Source: an uncultured Alphaproteobacteria bacterium
GTDB lineage: Bacteria; Pseudomonadota; Alphaproteobacteria; Methylaequorales; Methylaequoraceae
DNA: 64,000 nt
Assembly: GCA_902613995.1 (NCBI GenBank)
Contig: CACMJG010000002.1
Coordinates: 74,922-138,921 of the forward strand
Direction of reading: 5' to 3'
This document shows positions 19,053 to 31,858 of this stretch, piece by piece. The position numbers were made by a program, and so were the translations under genes. The number at the start of each line of letters is the position of its first letter. Positions within the stretch are counted from its first letter, which is position 1. The notes under the pieces are model-generated. The model saw only the letters and a list, made by a program, of their open reading frames with translations. It was not told the DNA's origin and did no database searches.

Positions 19053-20227
19053 TATTTTCTTTCAACGCACATTGCAACTCCTTGACCTCCACCGATACAC
19101 AAAGTTGCAATTCCCTTTTTTTTATTTTGTCTTTCTAGTTCATGAATTAAAGTGACTAATATTCTAGTTCCTGATGCTCCTATTGGATGACCTAACGCAA
19201 TGGCTCCCCCACTCACATTAACTTTATTCATATCCCAATCAAGTTCTTTAGAAACTGCTAAAGATTGAGCTGCAAAAGCTTCATTTGCCTCAATCAAGTC
19301 AAGTTCTTCGATAGACCATTTAGCTTCTTCTAAAGCTTTTTTTACAGCAGGAACAGGGCCAATACCCATAATCGAAGGATCAACTCCAATTGTTGATGAT
19401 GATACTATACTTACAAGTGGTTTAAGTCCCAACTCGTTGGCTTTCTCTTTTTTCATTACTAACACTGCTGCTGCTCCATCATTTAATCCAGACGCATTTC
19501 CTGCTGTTACAGTCCCGTCTTTGTCAAAGACAGGTTTTAACGAACTTAATTTATCAAAGGTAGTTCCATGTCGAGGAAATTCATCCGTTTCAAATAAAAT
19601 TTCTTCTTTTTTTTTTGAAATTGTTATTGAAGTTATTTCATTTTTAAAAAAATTATTCTTTTGTGCACTTTCAGCTTTATTTTGAGAGTTAGTTGCAAAT
19701 TTATCCTGTTCATCTTTGGATATATTAAATTTTTTTGCAATATTTTCTGCTGTAGTTCCCATGTGATAGTTATTCATAGCACACCAAAGTCCGTCAACAA
19801 TCATACTATCTTTAATTTTACCATCACCCATTTTTAGTCCATTTCTTATATTTATTGTATGATGAGCATTCGACATGCTTTCCTGTCCTCCAGCGATCAC
19901 AATCTCACTTTGACCGGATAATATTGATTGACAAGCTATTATAACTGATCTAAGGCCAGACCCACAAACTTGGTTTATTGTTAAAGCACTTACCTTTTCA
20001 GGTAAGTCTGACAACATGGATGCTTGCCTGGCAGGGTTCTGTCCAGACCCGCCAGTTAAAACTTGTCCCATTATAATTTCATCTATAAGATCCTTTGAAA
20101 TCCCTGACTCCGAGATTACTGAATCGATGACTGAACTTCCTAACTGAGGGGCCGAAAAGTTTGATAAACTCCCCATAAATTTTCCAATGGGAAGCCTTTT
20201 AGCTGTAGTTATAACTATTTCATTCAT
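19052..20227 (-). CDS. phaA: Acetyl-CoA acetyltransferase (thiolase)
   Basis: NQVCGSG, NEAFA, GHPIGASG, LCIGGG. Confidence 0.93.
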   Translation of the reverse strand: MNEIVITTAKRLPIGKFMGSLSNFSAPQLGSSVIDSVISESGISKDLIDEIIMGQVLTGGSGQNPARQASMLSDLPEKVSALTINQVCGSGLRSVIIACQSILSGQSEIVIAGGQESMSNAHHTINIRNGLKMGDGKIKDSMIVDGLWCAMNNYHMGTTAENIAKKFNISKDEQDKFATNSQNKAESAQKNNFFKNEITSITISKKKEEILFETDEFPRHGTTFDKLSSLKPVFDKDGTVTAGNASGLNDGAAAVLVMKKEKANELGLKPLVSIVSSSTIGVDPSIMGIGPVPAVKKALEEAKWSIEELDLIEANEAFAAQSLAVSKELDWDMNKVNVSGGAIALGHPIGASGTRILVTLIHELERQNKKKGIATLCIGGGQGVAMCVERK

Positions 20228-20299
20228 CTAAATCACCAATATGTAATTTTAATAACATAATAAAGAAATTTAACAACAAAAATTACTTAAAGTAATGAA

Positions 20300-20327
20300 T
20301 TGACAAAAATTTCTTAACAAATATAAA
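20300..20327 (+). promoter_or_regulatory. Sigma70-like promoter of the rplU-rpmA-obg operon
   Basis: TTGACA(20300-20305)-N16-TATAAA(20322-20327). Confidence 0.55.
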
Positions 20328-20364
20328 TTAAAATAAAAACAAATACGGATAATTAGGTAAAGTT

Positions 20365-20766
20365 ATGATAGCTATATTTGAAAATAGGGGTAAACAGTAC
20401 AAAATTAAAATTGGAGATTTTTTAAAACTTCCAAGGCTAAGTGAACTTAAAAAAAATGATTCCGTTACTTTTGAAAAGGTGATCTTTATGAAAGATGATA
20501 AAGGTCAAACAGTAATCGGATCACCATTAATTAGCGGAATTCAGATCATTTGCCAAGTAATTGAGCAGATTAGAGACAAAAAAATTATTGTCTTCAAAAA
20601 AAAAAGAAGACACAACTATAGAAGGAAGATTGGTCATCGGCAAGATCTCACACTATTAAAAGTTAAAGAAATAAAAATCGCAGATAAATCTCCTTCTCCC
20701 AAGAAAGATTTAAGTTCACCTCAAAATAAAGTTAAAGCGACCAAAGGGGAATCAAATGGCTCATAA
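20365..20766 (+). CDS. rplU: 50S ribosomal protein L21 with C-terminal extension
   Basis: GKQYK, VFKKKRR..Y...GHRQ. Confidence 0.95.
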   Translation: MIAIFENRGKQYKIKIGDFLKLPRLSELKKNDSVTFEKVIFMKDDKGQTVIGSPLISGIQIICQVIEQIRDKKIIVFKKKRRHNYRRKIGHRQDLTLLKVKEIKIADKSPSPKKDLSSPQNKVKATKGESNGS

Positions 20767-21013
20767 AAAAGCAGGCGGTAGCACAAGAAACGGAAGAGAT
20801 AGCGCAGGAAGAAGGCTAGGTGTAAAAAAGTTTGGAGGGGAACTTGTAGTGCCTGGTAACATTATAATTAGGCAACGAGGAACAAAATTCCGCCCTGGAA
20901 AAAACGTTTCTATTGGAAAAGATCACACTATTTTTGCTATTAAAGAAGGAGTGGTTTCTTTCAAAAAAAAATCTGGCAACAAATCTTTTGTAAACGTAGA
21001 TCAAAAAAAATAA
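20756..21013 (+). CDS. rpmA: 50S ribosomal protein L27
   Basis: [16 protein letters not shown]. Confidence 0.98.
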   Translation: MAHKKAGGSTRNGRDSAGRRLGVKKFGGELVVPGNIIIRQRGTKFRPGKNVSIGKDHTIFAIKEGVVSFKKKSGNKSFVNVDQKK

Positions 21014-21019
21014 ACTTAA

Positions 21020-22017
<998 letters not shown>

Positions 22018-22018
<1 letters not shown>

Positions 22019-23133
22019 TGAATAATTTATCAATCTTAAATTCAAAACGAATTGTAATAAAAATAGGATCGTCTTTGCTATTTTCAAATAATAAATTTAA
22101 TTCAAAATGGATGAATACATTTATAGAAGATGTAATATTCCTCAGAAAAAAAAATATCGATATTTTGATTGTTGCGTCCGGTTCAGTTTCATTGGGTAAG
22201 ATTTATTTAAATATAGAAAAAAAAAAGCTTCGAATTCATGAAAAACAAGCTTGCGCAGCTTGCGGACAAGCAATCCTTATGAATAATTTTAAAAAAACAT
22301 TTGAAAAGAAAAAGTTGGCAGTAGCACAAATTCTTCTTACTTATTCTGACACTGAGGACAGAAAAAAAAGTTTGAACTCAAGAGAAACTATTTTTGAATT
22401 GTTAAGATGTAACGTAATTCCTATTGTCAATGAAAATGATTCTGTAGCAGTAGATGAATTGAAATTTGGTGACAATGATAGACTTGCTGCCAGAGTTTCA
22501 CAGATAATAGGTGCAAATGTTCTCATACTTCTCAGTGATGTTGACGGATTATTTACTGCAAATCCAAAAAAAAATAAGAATGTGGGACTTGTTAGAGAAG
22601 TAGAGAAAATTAATGAGAAAATATTTAAAATGGCAAGTGCGGAAACAAATTATCACGGCACTGGTGGAATGTTTACAAAGATAGAGGCTGCGGAAATTGC
22701 TTCTGAATCTGGCTGCGATACAATAATTTGTAGAGGAACAAAAAAAAACCCAATCAGCGAATATTTAAAAAAAGAGACTGGAACAATATTTAAAGGAAAG
22801 GTTAATAATGATAAAAGTTTTAAAAAATGGCTAGCTGGGACTATTAAAGTGAAAGGAGATATTTTTCTTGATAACGGAGCTGTTGACGCAATTTCAAAAG
22901 GGGCAAGTATTTTACCAAGTGGTATTCAAAAAATATCTGGAAAATTTTTTAAAGGTGATATAATAAACCTCAAAAATCAAAATGGAAAAAAAATTGGAAA
23001 AGGAGTCTCTTACTATGATTCTTTAGAGATCTCCAAAATATTAGGCAAAAAAACATCAGAAATAAAAAAATTATTGGGTTATGACGGAAGAAATGAAATA
23101 ATTCATAGAGATTATTTAACTTTAAATGAATAA
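22018..23133 (+). CDS. proB: Glutamate 5-kinase
   Basis: VIKIGSS, NENDSV, FGDNDRLAA, GTGGM.TK, PUA domain. ATG 22018 overlaps the obg stop. Confidence 0.95.
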
Positions 23134-24394
23134 ACAAAAACAAATTGAAGAAGAAGTTTTAAAAATTGGTATTAAGGCCAAGGAAGCTTCCTTGAGGATT
23201 TCTCTACTCTCCTCTCAAAAAAAGAATGAGGTTTTACTAGATGCAGCTGATAATATAAAAAAAAATAAAAAACTTATCATTGAGCACAACTCCATAGATA
23301 TCGAAGAAAATAAAAAAAAATTAAATTCGTCACTTCTTGACAGATTGATGTTAGATTCCAATCGAATTGATAGTATTTGCAAAGGTTTAGTTGAAATTTC
23401 AAAATTAGATGACCCAATTGGAAAAATTTTAGGAGAATGGAAAAGACCAAACGGCTTAAAAATACAAAAAGTATCAATTCCATTGGGTGTGATAGGCGTG
23501 ATTTATGAATCAAGACCCAACGTTGCTGCAGATGCAGCAGGCTTGTGTTTAAAGTCTGGGAATCCTCTTATTTTACGAGGAGGAAGTGAAAGTTATCATT
23601 CTTCATCAAAGATAGTAGAGATAATCAATCAATCGCTTAGAAAATTTCAACTTCCCAAAGGAACTTTGCAGAATATTCCCACAAAAGATAGATTGGCCGT
23701 GGGAGCGTTAATTAAAATGGATAAATATGTTGATGTTATTATCCCTAGAGGTGGAAGATCTCTAATTGAGAGAGTATCGGATGAAAGTAGAGTTCACGTC
23801 TTTAAACATCTGGACGGAATCTGTCATACATATATTCACAAATCTGCTGACAAGGAAATAAGTAAAAAGGTGACATTAAATGCAAAAATGAGAAGACCCG
23901 GAATTTGTGGAGCCACTGAAACTATTCTTTGTGATAAAGAGGTGGTGAAGACTCATTTACCAGGATTAATTAAATCTTTGTCGAACTCGGGTTGTGAGGT
24001 AAGGGGAGATAAATTTGTAAAAGAAGTCAACTCAATTGTAATTAAAGCAGAAAAAGAAGATTGGAAAACAGAATATTTGGATAAAATTGTGTCCATTAAA
24101 ACAGTTAATAAAGGAGTAGAAGAAGCAGTTGATCATATAAATCATTATGGATCTGGGCACACAGACGCTATTATTTCTAATGATGAGAAAGCTACAGAAT
24201 TTTTTTTAAATAATGTGGACAGCGGAATTGTAATGCACAATACTTCGACACAATTTGCAGATGGTGGCGAATTTGGAATGGGAGCGGAAATAGGAATTTC
24301 AACTTCAAAAGTACATGCAAGGGGACCAGTAGGAGTTGCTCAACTTACGAGTTTTAAATATAAAGTGAGAGGGAAAGGACAAGTTAGACCATAA
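23126..24394 (+). CDS. proA: Gamma-glutamyl phosphate reductase
   Basis: PLGVIGVIYESRPNV, FADGGEFGMGAEIGIST, HARGPVG. Confidence 0.96.
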   Translation: MNKQKQIEEEVLKIGIKAKEASLRISLLSSQKKNEVLLDAADNIKKNKKLIIEHNSIDIEENKKKLNSSLLDRLMLDSNRIDSICKGLVEISKLDDPIGKILGEWKRPNGLKIQKVSIPLGVIGVIYESRPNVAADAAGLCLKSGNPLILRGGSESYHSSSKIVEIINQSLRKFQLPKGTLQNIPTKDRLAVGALIKMDKYVDVIIPRGGRSLIERVSDESRVHVFKHLDGICHTYIHKSADKEISKKVTLNAKMRRPGICGATETILCDKEVVKTHLPGLIKSLSNSGCEVRGDKFVKEVNSIVIKAEKEDWKTEYLDKIVSIKTVNKGVEEAVDHINHYGSGHTDAIISNDEKATEFFLNNVDSGIVMHNTSTQFADGGEFGMGAEIGISTSKVHARGPVGVAQLTSFKYKVRGKGQVRP

Positions 24395-24395
24395 T

Positions 24396-24965
24396 TTGAA
24401 CAAATCTTCTAAGAAAATGATTGGAATTCTTGGTGGATCCTTCGATCCTCCTCATAATGGACACAAGTTTATAAGTCAATACGCAATGATGAGGTTAAAT
24501 TTGCAAGAAGTCTGGTGGATAGTTACGTATAAAAATCCTTTAAAAAAAAAAAGTAACAGCTACAATTACAGATTTAAGCAGGTAAAGAACTTTATAAAAT
24601 TTAGAAGAATTAAAATACTAAAGATCAGAGAAGACAAGAATATTTATGCAATCGATACAATTTTATATATACAAAACAAATTTAAGAATAAAAAGTTTAT
24701 TTGGCTAATGGGAACTGACAACCTTCAAAATCTTCACGAATGGAAGGAATGGAAAAAAATATTTTATAATATTCCCATTGCAATTTTTGATAGACCATCT
24801 TACTCTTTTAATATAACAAGAAGTAAAGCATTATTTTTTTTTAGGAAGGCAAGAATTAAAAATATTCTTTTGGCAAAGTCACAATCTAACTTACCTCCAA
24901 GCTGGACTTTTATAAGTGGTCTGAAAAATCACTCATCATCCTCAGTTATAAGAAAGTCAAAATGA
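24396..24965 (+). CDS. nadD: Nicotinate-nucleotide adenylyltransferase
   Basis: GGSFDPPHNGH, WLMGTDN, W..W; TTG start. Confidence 0.9.
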   Translation: MNKSSKKMIGILGGSFDPPHNGHKFISQYAMMRLNLQEVWWIVTYKNPLKKKSNSYNYRFKQVKNFIKFRRIKILKIREDKNIYAIDTILYIQNKFKNKKFIWLMGTDNLQNLHEWKEWKKIFYNIPIAIFDRPSYSFNITRSKALFFFRKARIKNILLAKSQSNLPPSWTFISGLKNHSSSSVIRKSK

Positions 24966-25318
24966 AAGTAAATACAGAAGTTGACACTCTGCTCAATAAA
25001 ATCGTCAAAGATCTTGAAGATGTTAAGGCAAAAGATATACAAATTATAAATATAAAAAATAGAAGTGCCTTGGGAGATTATATGATTATTGTCAGTGGAA
25101 CATCTTCAAGACATATAAACTCTATTGTTTCCAATATTGTAAGATTGAATAAAACTCACATTCTTTCAACAGAAGGTATTAACTCCACAGATTGGTTAAT
25201 AGTGGATTTTGGTGATATTATCTTGAATGTTTTTAAACCTGAAACAAGGGAACATTATTCACTTGAAAAAATTTGGAAAAACAGTGATTTAGAAGATGCA
25301 AAATTTGGATTTGGATAG
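24962..25318 (+). CDS. rsfS: Ribosome silencing factor
   Basis: W.IVDFGD, R.HYSLEKIW. Confidence 0.93.
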   Translation: MKVNTEVDTLLNKIVKDLEDVKAKDIQIINIKNRSALGDYMIIVSGTSSRHINSIVSNIVRLNKTHILSTEGINSTDWLIVDFGDIILNVFKPETREHYSLEKIWKNSDLEDAKFGFG

Positions 25319-25320
25319 AT

Positions 25321-25773
25321 ATGATAATTAATATCCTATCTTTAGGTAAATTTAAAGTAAATCAAAAATTCAAGAGTATTTATGAATACTACCAAAAAAG
25401 AATTAAGTTAAAGACAGTTTTGATAGAATTAAAAACCTATAAAAACAATAAAAAGAAAGAGTTAGAAAAACTAGAAATTCTAAAGCTCATAAAAAATCAA
25501 GACCATAATAACGTTTTTGTGTTGGATAAAAGTGGAAAAAATTTCTCGAGTTTAGAGTTTGCTGATGTTTTAAAGAATAAAATAAATTCAGGTTGTAAAA
25601 AGTTAAATTTTATAATTGGCAGCGAGGAGGGGCTTGACAGCTTTTTTAAAGATTCATTTTTGACAATCTCATTTGGTAATCAAACATGGCCCCATCTTCT
25701 TGTTAGAGTCATGTTAATTGAACAAATATATAGAAGTTTAGAAATTATAAAAAATTCTCGATATCACAAATAG
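25321..25773 (+). CDS. rlmH: 23S rRNA pseudouridine-1915 methyltransferase
   Basis: TWPHLLVRVMLIEQIYR...YHK; follows rsfS. Confidence 0.92.
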   Translation: MIINILSLGKFKVNQKFKSIYEYYQKRIKLKTVLIELKTYKNNKKKELEKLEILKLIKNQDHNNVFVLDKSGKNFSSLEFADVLKNKINSGCKKLNFIIGSEEGLDSFFKDSFLTISFGNQTWPHLLVRVMLIEQIYRSLEIIKNSRYHK

Positions 25774-25780
25774 TTAGAAA

Positions 25781-27286
25781 ATGAGAAAAAAAGTACTAGT
25801 TTGTATCTTAGATGGTTGGGGATTAGGGAAGAATAATTCTCATAATGCTATTTTTCTTGCGAAAAAAAAAAATTTCGATTTTTTGACTAAAAAATATGGA
25901 TACTTAAAACTAAAAGCCTCGGAAAATGATGTGGGATTACCTACCGGTCAATTTGGAAACTCAGAAGTTGGACACACAAATATTGGAGCTGGAAGAATCA
26001 TTCTCCAAGATATAATGAGGATTTCAAAATCATTCAGCAATGGTGAAATAAAAAATAAATCTTCAATAATAAATATTTTAGAAAAGTGCAAAAGGATTCA
26101 CATTGTCGGTCTGATATCAAGGGGAGGGGTTCATGGGCATCAAGATCATCTTTTTGATCTAATAGAAATTCTTAATAAAAATAAACCAAATATTTATATT
26201 CATTGTATTTTAGATGGTAGGGATAGCTCCCCAATTGGGGGCAAAGAAAATATAAGCGTATTAACAAAAAAAATAGGTAAAAGAAAAAATATTAAAATTG
26301 CAAGTATTTCTGGTCGTTTTTTTGCTATGGACCGGGATAACAGATGGGAAAGAATTGAGAAAGCTTATAAAGCTATTATAGAGGGTTCTGGTCCAAAAAA
26401 GAGGAAGTATTTATCTGCAATAAATGAAAGCTACGAAAAGCACATCACCGACGAGTTTTTTGAACCAACTAATTTCAACGGTTATAACGGAGCTAAAGAT
26501 GGAGATGGATTCTTCATTACAAATTACAGAGCCGACAGAGTAAGGGAAATTCTATCATCAATATTTGATGATGATTTTGATTATTTTAAGAGAAACACAA
26601 GACCAAAATTTTTTAATCCAATAAGTATGGTTGAATATTCAAAAAGATTAAAAAAAAAAATTAAACCAATATTTGAATCAATTCAAATCAAAAAAACGCT
26701 AGGCGAAGTTGTCTCTTGTTTTGGACTAAAACAGTTGAGAGTAGCTGAAACGGAAAAATATGCTCACGTAACATATTTTCTCAATGGCGGGGTTGAGGAA
26801 AAATTTACTGGCGAGGACAGAATTTTAATCCCATCTCCGCGAGTAAAGACTTACGATATGAAACCAGAAATGTCTGCTTTTGAGGTAAAAGATCATGTTA
26901 TAGAAAATTTAAAAAAAAAAAAATACGATTTAATTATAACAAATTTTGCGAATCCAGATATGGTTGGACATACGGGTAATATTGAAGCAACTGTGAAAGC
27001 AATCGAAGCCGTGGATGAATGTATTGGAAAGATTTTCAAACAATGTAAAAAAAACGGATATTCCCTTATTCTTACCTCAGATCATGGTAATGCAGAAAAT
27101 ATGTTCGATGAGAAAAAAAATATAGCATGTACAACTCATTCACTAAATTTGGTTCCCTTTACTATTTGTGAGGAAATTAATTATTCAATTAAAACTGGGA
27201 AGCTTTCAGATATTGCTCCAACAGTATTGAAGCTTCTAGGTCTTGAAATTCCAACTGTAATGAAAGGAAAACCACTTATTAAATGA
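25781..27286 (+). CDS. gpmI: 2,3-bisphosphoglycerate-independent phosphoglycerate mutase
   Basis: ILDGWG, GNSEVGH, DGRD, AETEKYAHVT, NPDMVGHTG. Confidence 0.96.
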   Translation: MRKKVLVCILDGWGLGKNNSHNAIFLAKKKNFDFLTKKYGYLKLKASENDVGLPTGQFGNSEVGHTNIGAGRIILQDIMRISKSFSNGEIKNKSSIINILEKCKRIHIVGLISRGGVHGHQDHLFDLIEILNKNKPNIYIHCILDGRDSSPIGGKENISVLTKKIGKRKNIKIASISGRFFAMDRDNRWERIEKAYKAIIEGSGPKKRKYLSAINESYEKHITDEFFEPTNFNGYNGAKDGDGFFITNYRADRVREILSSIFDDDFDYFKRNTRPKFFNPISMVEYSKRLKKKIKPIFESIQIKKTLGEVVSCFGLKQLRVAETEKYAHVTYFLNGGVEEKFTGEDRILIPSPRVKTYDMKPEMSAFEVKDHVIENLKKKKYDLIITNFANPDMVGHTGNIEATVKAIEAVDECIGKIFKQCKKNGYSLILTSDHGNAENMFDEKKNIACTTHSLNLVPFTICEEINYSIKTGKLSDIAPTVLKLLGLEIPTVMKGKPLIK

Positions 27287-28296
27287 TACAAATTTTTATA
27301 ATAATTTTAGTATGTTTTAACGTATCTAGTTCATTGGCCAAAAACACAGAATTGAAAGTTAAATTAAATAGTTTAAAAAAACAAACTGTAAAAATTCATA
27401 ACGAAATTTTGACAAACAACAAAGAATTAAAAAAAATAAAAATTGATTTAGATAGAAATACTCAAAAGAAAATTATTATTAATAGATATATAAAAAATAA
27501 AGATTTGTTGGGTAGAAGAATAATTTTTTTACTGCAAGACAAGTTTTACACCAATCAATTTACAAGAATTGTTAGGAATCTTGATAATTCATCGCAGGAA
27601 TTAATTACAAAGCAGATAATAAGAGAATTTTTTTTAAAAGAGGTAAAAACTGGAATTAATGATTATTTTTTAAATTTAGAGAATTTAAAGTCAATTGATA
27701 ATGAGTTAGCATTAGAATTGGAAAATTATAAAACTAAAAAAAAAAATCTAAAAAAAAAACTGTTAATGCTTGAAAAAAAAATTGAAGAAGTGGCTAAAGT
27801 TCAAAGGAAAATGAAAACTAACAAAAAACTAAAGGAAAAAGCTAAAAATCTTCAAAAAAAAGCAAAAAACTTGAATGATTTAGTTAAAGCAGCAGAAACT
27901 AAAAGGAAAATTATATCTAAAATAAAATCAAGAATTAAAATGCCAGTTTCAGGTGAAATAATTTCAGATTATGGAGAAGGAAAAGACCAACATAAACTTA
28001 AAAATGGACTGGTTTTTAAGGTTAAGGAAGATTCATTTGTTACATCGCCAATGGATGGTACGGTTGTGTATGCTAATAAGTTTAAGAGTTTTGGGAATTT
28101 AGTAATGATAAAAGATAACAGAGGATTCACGTCAGTGTTAATTGGTATGAGAAGTTTATTAATTTCAACTGGAAACGAAGTTTTGGCAGGAGAGCCGATT
28201 GCAAAAATTTCCTCAACGCTGCAAAGTCAACTTTATTTTGAGTTAAGAGAAAATGGTAAAATTGTTGATCCTAAATCAAAAGTTGAGATTTTATAA
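27283..28296 (+). CDS. envC: Murein hydrolase activator EnvC family (coiled coil plus M23 domain)
   Basis: Signal peptide, long coiled coil, PVSG...G, LYFELR..G..VDP; gpmI-envC-ctpA synteny. Confidence 0.8.
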   Translation: MIQIFIIILVCFNVSSSLAKNTELKVKLNSLKKQTVKIHNEILTNNKELKKIKIDLDRNTQKKIIINRYIKNKDLLGRRIIFLLQDKFYTNQFTRIVRNLDNSSQELITKQIIREFFLKEVKTGINDYFLNLENLKSIDNELALELENYKTKKKNLKKKLLMLEKKIEEVAKVQRKMKTNKKLKEKAKNLQKKAKNLNDLVKAAETKRKIISKIKSRIKMPVSGEIISDYGEGKDQHKLKNGLVFKVKEDSFVTSPMDGTVVYANKFKSFGNLVMIKDNRGFTSVLIGMRSLLISTGNEVLAGEPIAKISSTLQSQLYFELRENGKIVDPKSKVEIL

Positions 28297-28328
28297 AAAA
28301 ACGGCATAATCAACACTATATTATTATT

Positions 28329-29582
28329 ATGAAGAATTTATTTATATTTTTGTCACTTTTAATTCTCCCTTTTTCATTGAAAACAGAGGAAGAAAAAGAT
28401 GTTTATAAATATCTCAATCTATTTGGTGAGGCTTTCGAAAAAATAAAGAATAATTATGTAGAAGATGTAACATCAAAAGATCTGATTGAATCGGCAATAG
28501 AGGGCATGTTAAGTTCGCTTGATCCTCATTCAACATACTTAAATTATGATGAACTCAATGAGTTGAAGGTGCAGACGAAAGGGGAGTTTGGAGGTTTGGG
28601 AATTGAGGTCACTCTTGAAAATGGTTTTGTAAAAGTAATAGCTCCAATTGATGACACTCCTGCCGACAAAGCTGGTATAAAGTCTGGTGACTTAATAACA
28701 CACCTGGATGATGAGCCTGTTTTAGGAATGACTTTGTCTGAAGCGGTATCAATTATGAGAGGAAAAGTTGGATCTAAAATAAAACTAACTATTAATAGAA
28801 ATGAAAACGAAAATCTTCAGATTTTCATAACTAGGGCCATCATACAATTGAAAGCAGTTAAAGCTAGGGTGGAAAACAATATTGGATATATTAGAGTATC
28901 TTCATTTAACCAAAAGGTTGATAGACAAATAATAGACTCAATAAAAAGTTTTAAAAATGAGAAACTAATAGGTTATGTTTTAGACCTTCGTAATAATCCA
29001 GGTGGTTTATTGGATCAAGCAGTTAATGTTACAGATATATTCTTGGACAAAGGAGAAATTGTTTCAACTAGAGGAAAAAATGGAAAGCAAGGAAGTAGAT
29101 ATAATGCTGTAAAGAATGATCTTATCGAAGGATTGCCTTTAATAGTTTTAATAAATCAGGGAAGCGCTTCTGCATCTGAAATTGTTGCTGGAGCTCTTCA
29201 AGATCATAGTAGAGCAATTATTATGGGAACAAAATCTTTTGGTAAAGGATCCGTACAAACAATAATCCCTTCAGGAGAGGATGTAGCATTAAAGTTGACT
29301 ACTGCAAAATATTATACTCCATCAGGAAGATCGATTCAGAAAACTGGAATTGATCCTGATATTTTAGTTGAACAAGCTGAACTTCAGAAGGTTGATGACC
29401 CTAGCAGCAGAAAAGAAGCAGATCTAAGAGGTGCAATAGACAATGATCAAGAAAATTCCAACAGAAATGAGGAAAAGTCTACCTCAAAAAAAGATGAAGA
29501 AAAGGTTGACGATTATCAACTAACAAGAGCTTTTGACTTGATACTCGCTATCAATTTAGTTGAAAAGAAATCTGCAAATTAA
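28329..29582 (+). CDS. ctpA: Carboxy-terminal processing protease (S41)
   Basis: LDPHS, FGGLGIEV PDZ domain, DLRNNPGG, SASASEI, FGKGSVQ. Confidence 0.93.
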   Translation: MKNLFIFLSLLILPFSLKTEEEKDVYKYLNLFGEAFEKIKNNYVEDVTSKDLIESAIEGMLSSLDPHSTYLNYDELNELKVQTKGEFGGLGIEVTLENGFVKVIAPIDDTPADKAGIKSGDLITHLDDEPVLGMTLSEAVSIMRGKVGSKIKLTINRNENENLQIFITRAIIQLKAVKARVENNIGYIRVSSFNQKVDRQIIDSIKSFKNEKLIGYVLDLRNNPGGLLDQAVNVTDIFLDKGEIVSTRGKNGKQGSRYNAVKNDLIEGLPLIVLINQGSASASEIVAGALQDHSRAIIMGTKSFGKGSVQTIIPSGEDVALKLTTAKYYTPSGRSIQKTGIDPDILVEQAELQKVDDPSSRKEADLRGAIDNDQENSNRNEEKSTSKKDEEKVDDYQLTRAFDLILAINLVEKKSAN

Positions 29583-29596
29583 TCGTTTAAAATTTC

Positions 29597-30067
29597 ATGA
29601 AACAAAAATATCGCAAAGGTGTTGGTATTTTTCTTATAAACAAAAGAAATCAACTTTGGGTAGGAAAAAGGTTTGACTACAAAAATGAATATTGGCAAAT
29701 GCCACAAGGAGGAATAGATGGACCAGAATCACCTGAAAATGCGATGAAAAGGGAACTTATGGAGGAAACGGGATTAAATAATAGTTATGAGATAATAAGC
29801 AAAACAAGAGCATGGTTAGAGTACAAACTTCCTCAAGAACTGGTAAATGAAGTCTGGAATGGAGAGTATATTGGACAAAAACAAATTTGGTTTGCCTGCC
29901 GATTTTCTGGTAATGATGATCAGGTAGATATAAAAAGGTATAAAAAACCGGAGTTTTGTGAGTGGAGATGGATAAATCCAATTGATTGTTTGGACTTAGT
30001 TGTTCCGTTTAAAAGAACATTATATGAAAAAGTACTAAAAAATTTTAGAAATCTTTATCAAGAGTAA
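29597..30067 (+). CDS. rppH: RNA pyrophosphohydrolase
   Basis: YR.GVG, WQMPQGGID, REL.EETG, GQKQ.WF, VPFK. Confidence 0.94.
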   Translation: MKQKYRKGVGIFLINKRNQLWVGKRFDYKNEYWQMPQGGIDGPESPENAMKRELMEETGLNNSYEIISKTRAWLEYKLPQELVNEVWNGEYIGQKQIWFACRFSGNDDQVDIKRYKKPEFCEWRWINPIDCLDLVVPFKRTLYEKVLKNFRNLYQE

Positions 30068-30420
30068 TAGAATTTTGCTAATGCCTTCTCTTTTTGTCTT
30101 TTCAAATTTATCTCATCTTTATTTGATGATTCTTCATTCTTATTTGTTGAACTTACAGAATTAGTATTAATTACTTCTTCAGTTAAAAGTGAACATCGAT
30201 TTTGTGAAACTTCAACAATCCCTCCCGTTACCAAAAAAGTTTCAATTATTTTTTTTTCTAGATAAATATAAACTATCCCAACTCTCAGAGATGTTAAAAA
30301 TGGCATATGATCTTTAAGAATGCCAATGTCACCCTCGCTTCCAGGAAATATAACTAGATCAACCTCTTTTTCAAAGACAATTTCATTGGGTGAGATTATT
30401 TCAAGTTTAAATTGTTTCAT
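30058..30420 (-). CDS. atpC: ATP synthase F1 epsilon
   Basis: LEIISP, PGSEGDIGIL..H; last gene of the atpHAGDC operon. Confidence 0.92.
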   Translation of the reverse strand: MKQFKLEIISPNEIVFEKEVDLVIFPGSEGDIGILKDHMPFLTSLRVGIVYIYLEKKIIETFLVTGGIVEVSQNRCSLLTEEVINTNSVSSTNKNEESSNKDEINLKRQKEKALAKFYYS

Positions 30421-30424
30421 TATA

Positions 30425-31855
<1,431 letters not shown>

Positions 31856-31858
31856 TTA

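Noticed and set aside
18330..20227. Polyhydroxybutyrate storage locus
   Set aside because: No phaC, phaR or phasin is in the window; the ethylmalonyl-CoA pathway is sufficient to explain phaAB.
27283..28296. M23 domain lacking zinc ligands as a novelty
   Set aside because: A degenerate M23 domain is normal for EnvC-family activators.
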